Below, one piece after another: positions 10,581-18,781 of a DNA stretch of 64,000 bases (positions within the stretch are counted from its first letter, which is position 1; each line of letters begins with the position of its first letter). Origin of the DNA: Bacilli bacterium (GTDB lineage: Bacteria > Bacillota_I > Bacilli_A > RF39 > UBA660); the NCBI GenBank assembly GCA_017626405.1, contig JAGAIS010000002.1:62189-126188 (forward strand), in the 5' to 3' direction. The translations under genes and the position numbers were made by a program. The notes beneath the pieces are model-generated. The model searched no databases, was not told the origin of the DNA, and saw only the letters and a program-made list of their open reading frames with translations.

Positions 10581-10595
10581 TTATAAAAGGTGTAG

Positions 10596-11357
10596 GTGAA
10601 TAAAATGGAAGGATTAATAATATTCTTAGCAATATTTTTAGGCGTTATTGTTTTTTTATTAATTATTGCTGTTATTATTTATTTTAAATTAAAAATGAGT
10701 TTAAGTGAATTAGGATTTGGCGATAGTAAAAAGATAATTAGTATGATTAAGGAAAGTGAAGAAGAAGCTAAATATCGACACAAATCCGTATCGGGACTAA
10801 CGAATATTTTAGTTCCAAAGATTATAAGAGATTTTCCGAATTTTAATGAGATTGAATTTTATAATAAAGTTGAAACTAGTATTACGGGAATATTAAATAG
10901 TCTATCAAACAATAAGGTTAGTTCAATTAAAGAACTAGGTGAAATTAGGACTAATCTAGAAACTCTAATTCAATCGCGTGTAGCATCAGATATTAAGGAA
11001 AAATATGAAGATATTAAGTTTCATAGTCATGCTATAAAAGATTATAAGAATGAATCAGGAGCTCTTTTGATTACTGTTAATTCATCGCTTGAATACTATT
11101 ACGAAAAAAAAGTAAAGGGAAAAGTAAAAGTAGCTCGCAAGGACTATAAAAAGCAGACTTCTTTTACTAGTTCCTTTGTCTATATCTATGACCCTGAAAA
11201 ATATAATATAAGTAAGTCATCTTTGAGTGTTCATTGTCCAAACTGTAGTGCTCCACTTAAAGATATCAAATTGAGAATATGTGAGTATTGTGGTGCAAAA
11301 GTAGAAGATATAAACTTGAGAAGTTGGTATATTACTAAATATAAGGAAAACTTCTAA
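10596..11357 (+). CDS. membrane-anchored protein with C-terminal zinc ribbon
   Basis: N-terminal TM helix (LIIFLAIFLGVIVFLLIIAVIIY) and C-terminal CPNCSAPL...CEYCGAKV. The start could also be ATG 10605. Confidence 0.65.
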   Translation: MNKMEGLIIFLAIFLGVIVFLLIIAVIIYFKLKMSLSELGFGDSKKIISMIKESEEEAKYRHKSVSGLTNILVPKIIRDFPNFNEIEFYNKVETSITGILNSLSNNKVSSIKELGEIRTNLETLIQSRVASDIKEKYEDIKFHSHAIKDYKNESGALLITVNSSLEYYYEKKVKGKVKVARKDYKKQTSFTSSFVYIYDPEKYNISKSSLSVHCPNCSAPLKDIKLRICEYCGAKVEDINLRSWYITKYKENF

Positions 11358-11473
11358 GTTTTTTTTTGCAAGTTTTTAAAGTAAATAATGTATTTACTGT
11401 TAAAATATATATAAGACATAATTTTATTAAGCAAATGTTTTGAAAAATTAAATAATATGATAAAATTAAGAAG

Positions 11474-13675
11474 GTGAATAAAGTGGAATACATAAAGGGA
11501 AAATATAAATCATCGATATTCAAAAATGATTCGAATGGTTATCAAGTTGGACTATTTAAAGTTAAAGAATCAAGTTCTGAATTGGAAAGTATTAATGGTA
11601 AAACTTTGACTTTTACTGGTTATTTTCGTGAGTTAAATACTGAAGATACATATATCATGTACGGCAAATATGTATTTCATGATCGTTATGGATATCAATT
11701 TCAAGTAAGTGAATATGAAAGATGCGAACCGGATTCAAAAGAGGCAGTAATGGAATTCTTATCATCATCGTTTGTTAAAGGGTGTGGAGAAAAAACAGCA
11801 AAGAAGATTGTTGAAAGATTAGGTAGTAATGCTATCAATCTGATTAAAGAAGATAAAAATAATCTTTTGAATTGTGGAATAAGTAAAAAGAGCGCAGATA
11901 AAATATATGATTCAATAATTTCATATTATGACCAAGATGAAATTATAATATATTTAAAAGAACTAGATTTTTCAGTTAAAGAAATAACTTTGTTATTAAA
12001 TATGTTTGGAAATAAAATTAAAGATATTTTAAATAATGACCTCTACAGTTTAATTGATTATATTGATTTTAAGAAATTGGATAGAGTATATTTTCACTTA
12101 TTTGAAACTACTAATGATATGAGAATTATGGCATGCGTAATCGAAAGTATTAAGAATATTACATTTGAAACGGGAGATACATATTCGTATAAGGATGAAA
12201 TAATATCCTATATGAGAGAATATTTCCAAATAGATCTAGATGAAATATTTGATGAAGTAATGGAATCTTTAGTAAAAAAGAGAAAAATTGTTATATACCA
12301 TAATAAGTATTATTTATATAAGACATATCAAGATGAATTATATATAAGTTATGCTCTGTATGATATAAGTTTTTATAATACGAGTTGTCTACATAACTTC
12401 GATAATTTGTTAGAATCTGTAGAACAAGAATATAATATTACTTATAATGAAGAACAGAAGAATGCAATTAAAACCGTTATGGATAATTCGATAACTATAA
12501 TAACTGGAGGACCAGGAACCGGTAAGACGACAATTGTCAATGGAATTATTAGGATGTATCAGCTTATCAATATGATTCCTGATTCTAAAATGAATCAAGC
12601 AATCGCACTTCTAGCACCAACTGGACGTGCAAGTAAAAGACTTGCCGAGACTACTAACTTTGGATCAATGACAATACATAGATATTTGAAGTGGAATCAT
12701 GAAACTAAAGAATTCGGTATTAATGAGTACAATAAGAATGAACATCGTCTAATTATTGTCGATGAAGTAAGTATGATTGATAATGAACTCATGGCATCTC
12801 TTCTTCATGGAATTGAACATGATTGTAAAGTAGTTTTTGTTGGTGATGAATTTCAACTTCCATCAGTTGCTCAAGGAAATGTTTTAAAGGATATTATTGC
12901 AAGTGATATGTTTGCTCATGTTAGACTTAAAAACATCTATCGTCAAAGTGATAATTCATTTATTCCAATTCTTGCTCGCGAGATTAAAAATGTCAGTATC
13001 GAATCTGATTTGAGAACAAAAAAGGATGATTATAATTTTCTTGAATGTAAAAAAAGCGATATTAAATCAATGTTGAGTGAAATAATTTTGATGTCGATAG
13101 ATAAGGGATTAAGTGAAAAGAATGTACAAATTTTAGCACCAATGTATAAAGGAGAAAATGGTATAGATAATCTAAATATTATCCTACAGGAACTATTTAA
13201 TCCAAAAACAAATGATAAAGTATCAGTTAAGATAGGACCTGTAGAATATCGTGAAAATGATAAAGTATTAAATCTTATAAATAATATTGAACAAAATATA
13301 TTTAATGGTGATATTGGATATATAAAAAAAATTGATGAAAAAAATAGTCAAGCATTTATGGTTGTCGATTATTATGGAAATCAAGTAGCATATAAAAGAG
13401 AAGAAGTAGGTACAATTAGACATGCATATGCAATGTCAATTCATAAAAGTCAGGGTAGTGAGTTTAATCATGTCATTATACCAATAACTAAAGAATTCAA
13501 TCGTATGTTATATAATAAACTTCTCTATACGGGAATATCGAGAGCGAAAAAGTCTCTAGTGCTTATTGGTGATATTGAAGCTTTTCTATATGCAGTAAAT
13601 AATTCTTATAGTGTCGAAAGAAAAACTTCTTTGACAGAATTTATCATGAATAAATTTAATAATATAAACTCATAA
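11474..13675 (+). CDS. recD2: RecD2-like SF1 ATP-dependent DNA helicase
   Basis: Walker A ITGGPGTGKTT, Walker B IIVDEVSMID, VGDEFQLPSV, C-terminal AMSIHKSQGSEF and YTGISRAKK. The start may be GTG 11483. Confidence 0.85.
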   Translation: MNKVEYIKGKYKSSIFKNDSNGYQVGLFKVKESSSELESINGKTLTFTGYFRELNTEDTYIMYGKYVFHDRYGYQFQVSEYERCEPDSKEAVMEFLSSSFVKGCGEKTAKKIVERLGSNAINLIKEDKNNLLNCGISKKSADKIYDSIISYYDQDEIIIYLKELDFSVKEITLLLNMFGNKIKDILNNDLYSLIDYIDFKKLDRVYFHLFETTNDMRIMACVIESIKNITFETGDTYSYKDEIISYMREYFQIDLDEIFDEVMESLVKKRKIVIYHNKYYLYKTYQDELYISYALYDISFYNTSCLHNFDNLLESVEQEYNITYNEEQKNAIKTVMDNSITIITGGPGTGKTTIVNGIIRMYQLINMIPDSKMNQAIALLAPTGRASKRLAETTNFGSMTIHRYLKWNHETKEFGINEYNKNEHRLIIVDEVSMIDNELMASLLHGIEHDCKVVFVGDEFQLPSVAQGNVLKDIIASDMFAHVRLKNIYRQSDNSFIPILAREIKNVSIESDLRTKKDDYNFLECKKSDIKSMLSEIILMSIDKGLSEKNVQILAPMYKGENGIDNLNIILQELFNPKTNDKVSVKIGPVEYRENDKVLNLINNIEQNIFNGDIGYIKKIDEKNSQAFMVVDYYGNQVAYKREEVGTIRHAYAMSIHKSQGSEFNHVIIPITKEFNRMLYNKLLYTGISRAKKSLVLIGDIEAFLYAVNNSYSVERKTSLTEFIMNKFNNINS

Positions 13676-13694
13676 TAATAATGGAGGTTGTTTT

Positions 13695-13826
13695 ATGGGT
13701 AAAATCATGAATACAGTGATGTCTATAACGTCAATTGGTTGTTTGGCAGCAACGACATACATGGTACTAAAGAGTAAAAAAAATATGTTAGATGTCATAA
13801 TTGAAGAAATCGAAACAATGAAATAA
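13695..13826 (+). CDS. small hydrophobic protein (43 aa), hypothetical
   Basis: GGAGG RBS 6 nt upstream of the ATG. Translates MGKIMNTVMSITSIGCLAATTYMVLKSKK..., followed directly by a terminator. Not in the ORF track because it is short. Confidence 0.35.
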   Translation: MGKIMNTVMSITSIGCLAATTYMVLKSKKNMLDVIIEEIETMK

Positions 13827-13857
13827 AAAATAGAAAGATTAACAATCTTTCTATTTT
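13827..13857. terminator. bidirectional rho-independent terminator
   Basis: ATAGAAAGATT-AAC-AATCTTTCTAT perfect 11-bp stem flanked by an A-run and a T-run, between convergent genes. Confidence 0.6.
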
Positions 13858-14885
13858 AATTCTGTATAAATTGATTTATTGAAAGTATGATCTTTAATAT
13901 CATATTTTTCTAACATACTAGTATCAATCATAAAAAATTTATGCTCTAGGTAATTCTTTGATTTATCTTCAACACTCAATGGATCATCCCAAGTTAAGTC
14001 GATATGTTTCCAAGTATCATCTATATTTACTACATTCCAAACATGAGTATTGCTAGCTACTTTAAAATTTCTTATACTCAACTTATCTAATAATATTGCC
14101 ATGGCATCAGTATAACCAGAACATATTGCATATCCCTCAAAGAGAGGACCATTTGCTTTAGATGCTTGATGAGTAGTTGCTTGAGATGCTTTTAAATTGT
14201 CATATTCATTCTTTAGCTCTTTATATTTATTTGAATCTTTATCTAAACTTTTTAATTGCTTTTCATATTCGCTTAGTTTTAAATTATATGCAGCTAATTC
14301 ATTTTCATAGTTTTCATCATATCTTGTATTATTTATTATATAGTCATGGAAAGCATAGATAATATCTTGATTTTTCATATCTGTAGTTACTATTTCTTTC
14401 CAAATAGAATCAATTTTATTGGTAATATCTAATATATCCTGCTCACTATAGAGTCTAGTAATATTTATTGTTACCTCGCCAGCCGTATCATATAATACAT
14501 CAATTGATTTAAAATTGTTATATGGCGAAACATAATTGCCAATAGTAGTTAATATTTCAACATTTTCAGGGCTGCTAATTTTTTCAACATCGCTTATACA
14601 GTCTTGATATTCACTAGGACAGTAGAATGTGAAAGTCTCATATCCAGCATCCATAGTAGTATAAAATATATTTAATAAATCTTGATAGTTATATGGTACA
14701 AAATCTTTAGATATTTGTACAAAATCATAATCAATTTCTTTTGCAAATCTATTTTTTTCTGGTATCGATATTGTAGGAGTAGAATAGAAATACTTTGCTA
14801 AGTGTTCAGAAATAGCATCTAGTTTATAAAATACGATCCCCGATATAATAATGCATAATATAAAAGTTAAAATACGCTTTTTCAT
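13851..14885 (-). CDS. membrane-anchored transglutaminase-like cysteine protease-fold protein
   Basis: N-terminal TM helix. Cys-His-Asp core: YAICSGYTDAMAILL ... NTHVWNVVNIDDTWKHIDLTWDD. Confidence 0.75.
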   Translation of the reverse strand: MKKRILTFILCIIISGIVFYKLDAISEHLAKYFYSTPTISIPEKNRFAKEIDYDFVQISKDFVPYNYQDLLNIFYTTMDAGYETFTFYCPSEYQDCISDVEKISSPENVEILTTIGNYVSPYNNFKSIDVLYDTAGEVTINITRLYSEQDILDITNKIDSIWKEIVTTDMKNQDIIYAFHDYIINNTRYDENYENELAAYNLKLSEYEKQLKSLDKDSNKYKELKNEYDNLKASQATTHQASKANGPLFEGYAICSGYTDAMAILLDKLSIRNFKVASNTHVWNVVNIDDTWKHIDLTWDDPLSVEDKSKNYLEHKFFMIDTSMLEKYDIKDHTFNKSIYTELK

Positions 14886-14931
14886 TCTATCACCAATAAC
14901 ATCATATCAAAAAGGCAAAAAAAAAGAAATG

Positions 14932-15198
14932 TTATTTTTCCATTTCTTTAACTTTTTTATTTAATCTTGACTTTTGTCTAGCACAAGTATTCTTTTTTAC
15001 TAATCCTTTAGAACAAGCTTTGTCAATATTAGCTATAACAGTCTTAAGTTCTTTATTTGCAAGTTCAGAATCTTTGTCTTTAATAGCTTTTTCACATCTC
15101 TTAATAGAATTTTTAACTTTTGCTGTATATTCATTATTAGCTATAGTTTGAACTGCATCAGTTTTTACAGATTTTTTAGAACTTTTAATATTAGGCAT
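14932..15198 (-). CDS. rpsT: 30S ribosomal protein S20
   Basis: MPNIKSSKKSVKT... basic protein of about 88 aa. The ATG at 15198 follows a GGAAGGAG RBS; the longer track ORF start is unlikely. Confidence 0.9.
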   Translation of the reverse strand: MPNIKSSKKSVKTDAVQTIANNEYTAKVKNSIKRCEKAIKDKDSELANKELKTVIANIDKACSKGLVKKNTCARQKSRLNKKVKEMEK

Positions 15199-15416
15199 TA
15201 TTTTTCGCTCCTTCCTTAAATACATATTAGATTTTATCAAATAATTACCTAAAAATCAAATATTTTTAGTAAAAATATGCAAAATATTAAGATTTATAGT
15301 TATTATTATATATAAAACAATAATTATAACCAAAATACATAGTATATAATATTAATTATTTATAATTAAATATAATTAACTAAAATTAATAAATATCAGT
15401 TTTAGTTAATTAAAAC

Positions 15417-15445
15417 TTGCAAATTATGCAAATTTGTTATATTAT
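15417..15445 (+). promoter_or_regulatory. candidate sigmaA promoter of the CYTH/radical-SAM operon (TTGCAA-17-TATTAT)
   Basis: TTGCAA at 15417-15422, 17-nt spacer, TATTAT at 15440-15445. A direct repeat TGCAAAT x2 (15418-15424, 15427-15433) overlaps the -35 and spacer. Confidence 0.4.
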
Positions 15446-15466
15446 ATACGACCAAGAGGTGGAGTT

Positions 15467-16039
15467 ATGGGAATTATTGAGTATGAGTGCACAATATTAG
15501 ATATTGATTCACAAGACTTTATATCCAAATTAATATCTCTAGGGGCAAAGAATAAAGGGGAATTCTTTCAACGTAGATATGTCTATGATTTCAATCCAGT
15601 TAATAAGAATAAGTGGATAAGACTTAGAACAAATGGTACAAAGACAACTATTTGTATCAAGGAAATTAAAAATCGTGAATTAATTGGTGGAACTAGTGAA
15701 ATTGAAGTAGAAGTTGGAGACTTTGATAAGGCTAATGAAGTATTAGAAGGACTTGGATACAACCATCGAAATTATCAAGAAAATGTCAGAAGGAGCTTTG
15801 AACTTAATGGAGTTTCAATTGACATCGATTCATGGCCAATGATTCCCGACTATGTTGAAATAGAAGGTTCGTCTGAAAGTGAAGTATTAGATACTTTAAA
15901 ATTATTAGGAATTGAAAAAGACAGGATTACAACTTTGGATGTAGAATCTATATATAATGATATATATGGCATTGATTTACTTGCAATAAAGGAGTTAAAG
16001 TTCGATGAAGCTTTGTTGGAATCTAACAGCACTTTGTAA
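15467..16039 (+). CDS. CYTH-domain (triphosphate tunnel metalloenzyme / class IV adenylyl cyclase-like) protein
   Basis: N-terminal IEYECTIL (ExE motif of CYTH), IRLRT, ICIKE, SEIEVEV, C-terminal VSIDIDSWPMIPDYVEIEG pattern. ATG 15467 follows a GAGGTGGAG RBS. Confidence 0.8.
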   Translation: MGIIEYECTILDIDSQDFISKLISLGAKNKGEFFQRRYVYDFNPVNKNKWIRLRTNGTKTTICIKEIKNRELIGGTSEIEVEVGDFDKANEVLEGLGYNHRNYQENVRRSFELNGVSIDIDSWPMIPDYVEIEGSSESEVLDTLKLLGIEKDRITTLDVESIYNDIYGIDLLAIKELKFDEALLESNSTL

Positions 16040-16814
16040 TGAAAATTGTGTATATTGCTTTCGTGAATTATTGGAAAGACCTTTAGATTTGGAAGATAAT
16101 TTAACGATTTTAAAAAAGTTAAAAGCAATAGGAACAACATCAATTACTTTTGCTGGAGGTGAACCTTTATTATATCCGGGTGTAGATATATTAATGAGAG
16201 AATGCCATAATTTGGGAATTACGGCAAATCTTATTACAAATGGAAGTTTACTTACTAAGGATAATTTGGATATGTACTTATCTAATGTAACAAAGTTAAC
16301 TTTCTCGATTGATTCGCCAAACAGTTTTATTAATGAGACAATTGGAAGAGGCGCTCACCATTATGAACATATCAAAAAGTTATTGCCATATATTAAAGAA
16401 AAATATCCTAATATAATATTAGAAGTTAATACTGTTGTTACTTACGATAACAGTGAAGAAATGGATTTTATGTTTGAAGCTTTAGGTAGTGAAATATCAT
16501 TTTATGGATTAAAAAAGTGGAAGATAAGTAGATTTTGTCCTTTAAGAGGTTATGCCAAAGAAAGAAAAAATCTATTATCAGTTCCCGATCAAGTATTTGA
16601 AAGTATAAAAGATAATTATTCAAATAAAAGGGCTTTTTTTCAAATTCAAGTGAGGGATTTAGATGCTGTTGAAGAGAATGTTATTATTTCTCCTTCCGGC
16701 AATATGAAAAAAGCATTTAATCAAGAAGAGTATACGATTGTATCTGACTTAGGTACTAAAGATACGGAAGAAATAAAAAGATTAATAAGAAAAGATGGGG
16801 GTCTATATGTATAA
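16005..16814 (+). CDS. radical SAM enzyme, viperin-like (candidate prokaryotic viperin)
   Basis: CNENCVYCF cluster motif, ITFAGGEPLL, ITNGSLL, FSIDS..ETIGRG, EVNTVV..NSEEM and KKWKISRFCPL parallel the viperin motifs in the same order. AAGGAG RBS lies inside the CYTH 3' end, with a 35-nt overlap. Radical SAM call about 0.9; viperin subfamily about 0.6. Confidence 0.65.
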   Translation: MKLCWNLTALCNENCVYCFRELLERPLDLEDNLTILKKLKAIGTTSITFAGGEPLLYPGVDILMRECHNLGITANLITNGSLLTKDNLDMYLSNVTKLTFSIDSPNSFINETIGRGAHHYEHIKKLLPYIKEKYPNIILEVNTVVTYDNSEEMDFMFEALGSEISFYGLKKWKISRFCPLRGYAKERKNLLSVPDQVFESIKDNYSNKRAFFQIQVRDLDAVEENVIISPSGNMKKAFNQEEYTIVSDLGTKDTEEIKRLIRKDGGLYV

Positions 16815-17700
16815 TTCAAATTTAAATTTAAATCTTTATAAAACATTTTATGATGTTGCTCAATATGGATCAGTTTCTACTGCTTCCAAAAACTTAAATA
16901 TATCTCAACCGGCAATATCTCGTTCGATAAAAAAACTTGAGGAAGATTTAAATGTAACGCTTTTCTATCGTACATTAAATGGTATGATTTTAACAGAAAA
17001 GGGAAAAGAACTACTCAGTTATGTTGAAGAGGCATGCAATAGTTTGCGAGTTGGCGAAAGAAGTATGATGGAAACTAATAATTTGATAAAAGGTAAATTA
17101 TCTATTGGTGTGCCATCTCATATAGCATCATTTTATCTATTCGATAAAATAAGAAAATTTCACGATGAATATCCAAATATTGAAATTTCTGTATTCTCAC
17201 GTTGTACTGCAGAATTAATTAAGTTACTAGAAAACCATGAAATTGATATTGTAATTGATACTTCTCCAATATGTGGTAACGAGAAAGAACTACATATTGA
17301 AGAACTAATTCATGTAAATCATATCTTCGTTAAAAGAAAAGAAGATAATGTAAATGCAACTTGTCTAAAAGATCTAGAAGATTATCAAGTAATTCTGCCA
17401 GTATCTCGTAGTTCTCATAGAAAAAGACTCAATGAAGTTGCAAATGAAAATCATGTAAGATTTAATAAAGTTATCTCAATTGAAAATTCAGAAACTATTA
17501 GGGAAGCTGTACTTCAAGGAAATGGCGTTGGTTATATTCTTGAAGGATTAGTACAAAAAGATATCGATGCAGGAATCTTAGAAAAAGTTGATATTAAAGA
17601 AGAATTGCCTTATGTTACTGTTAATTTAGTTTATATCGATAAATACTTGATGAATGCTCCAAAAGTATTCATCGATAAGTACTTAAAAAGTGCTATATAA
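16807..17700 (+). CDS. LysR-family transcriptional regulator
   Basis: N-terminal wHTH SVSTASKNLNISQPAISRSIKKLEEDL plus a C-terminal substrate-binding domain of about 200 aa. ATG 16807 overlaps the stop of the preceding gene. Confidence 0.9.
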   Translation: MYNSNLNLNLYKTFYDVAQYGSVSTASKNLNISQPAISRSIKKLEEDLNVTLFYRTLNGMILTEKGKELLSYVEEACNSLRVGERSMMETNNLIKGKLSIGVPSHIASFYLFDKIRKFHDEYPNIEISVFSRCTAELIKLLENHEIDIVIDTSPICGNEKELHIEELIHVNHIFVKRKEDNVNATCLKDLEDYQVILPVSRSSHRKRLNEVANENHVRFNKVISIENSETIREAVLQGNGVGYILEGLVQKDIDAGILEKVDIKEELPYVTVNLVYIDKYLMNAPKVFIDKYLKSAI

Positions 17701-17886
17701 CAAAAAGTTATATGATATATAACATAAATAACATATTATTACAAATTATTATAATCCTTATTTAAAATTGGTATTTTACAAAAGTATAAAAATAATTATA
17801 ATAGTTAAGTACTTGAAGGAATAATAGAGTGAATGTATTCATGGAACTACATATTGGCATAACATCACCTAGAAATCTCAAGTAAT

Positions 17887-17902
17887 AAGGGGAAAAGAAT
17901 AA
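17887..17902 (+). repeat. purine-rich 16-mer AAGGGGAAAAGAATAA, copy 1
   Basis: Exact 16-nt direct repeat of 18105-18120 within a noncoding region of about 530 bp. Confidence 0.6.
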
Positions 17903-18104
17903 AAAGGGAATAATTAAGGTATCAATTGTTGTTGTAGCTTGTTTAAATATAATAATTTCTTAACTACAAAACAAACCATATAAAAAAACATTCAAAGAAT
18001 GCATTTATGCATAATACACTATTCTTTGATTCTTTGTTGTAAATCAATATCTGCTACATAACAATTGATATTTGATATTGATAGAATAAAAAGGATATAA
18101 ATAA

Positions 18105-18120
18105 AAGGGGAAAAGAATAA
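18105..18120 (+). repeat. purine-rich 16-mer AAGGGGAAAAGAATAA, copy 2
   Basis: Exact copy of 17887-17902. Followed by GAGGGGAG and a weak hairpin plus T-run. Confidence 0.6.
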
Positions 18121-18130
18121 GAGGGGAGAA

Positions 18131-18160
18131 ACAGGATTTTGTATTCCTGTTTTTCTTTTA
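18131..18160 (+). terminator. weak candidate terminator in the 17.7-18.2 kb noncoding region
   Basis: ACAGGA...TCCTGT 6-bp stem followed by TTTTTCTTTT. Confidence 0.35.
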
Positions 18161-18230
18161 TATAAAAGTTGTTTTATTTCTTTATATTTACTATTTAATA
18201 TATTATAATTGGAATAAGGAGATAAGAAAA

Positions 18231-18704
18231 ATGAATAATATAAAAAAACTATCAACATATATATTTCTCTTAATATGTTTACTTTTAATCTTATTTGGAA
18301 TTTTTGTTCTTCATTCAAATAAAAATCTTAAAAGCAAAGTTGATTCTGCTGAAAACTTTGAACTTATTTTTTATTATAAAGAAAAAAGAGGAAAAGAATT
18401 GATAATTGATAAAGAAAACGGATTATATAATTACAATATTTATGTGGTAAATGGAACGGTAGATATTGTTATAGATAAGAAGAATTATTCGCTAGAAGAT
18501 GCATTAAATAACAAAAGAGTAACAATGGAGAAAATTATTGAAAAGGCAAAAAAAGATATTGATAATCCTATATTCTATGATGATGGAGGAAGCACTGAAT
18601 ATCATTATCGAGATTATACGATTATAAAGAAGGATACTATTGATGGCGATAGTGATGTATATATAGGAGACAGTAATTTGTCTTTGCATAGTTTAAATAA
18701 TTAA
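18231..18704 (+). CDS. membrane-anchored hypothetical protein
   Basis: AAGGAG RBS, N-terminal TM helix (IFLLICLLLILFGIFVL), no recognisable domain. Confidence 0.6.
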   Translation: MNNIKKLSTYIFLLICLLLILFGIFVLHSNKNLKSKVDSAENFELIFYYKEKRGKELIIDKENGLYNYNIYVVNGTVDIVIDKKNYSLEDALNNKRVTMEKIIEKAKKDIDNPIFYDDGGSTEYHYRDYTIIKKDTIDGDSDVYIGDSNLSLHSLNN

Positions 18705-18781
18705 ATAAGAAAATATAAAAAGAACATCAAAATTTATGTTCTTTTTTATTATATAAACAATATATTTTATTAGGTGAATTT

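Noticed and set aside
15850-16143. 97-aa minus-strand ORF spanning the CYTH / radical SAM junction
   Set aside because: It is antisense to two motif-supported genes, and its composition looks like an antisense artefact.
18019-18318. 99-aa minus-strand ORF
   Set aside because: It has a low-complexity, Phe/Leu/Ile/Tyr-rich translation typical of AT-rich antisense frames. It overlaps the start of the better-supported plus-strand gene at 18231 and has no RBS.
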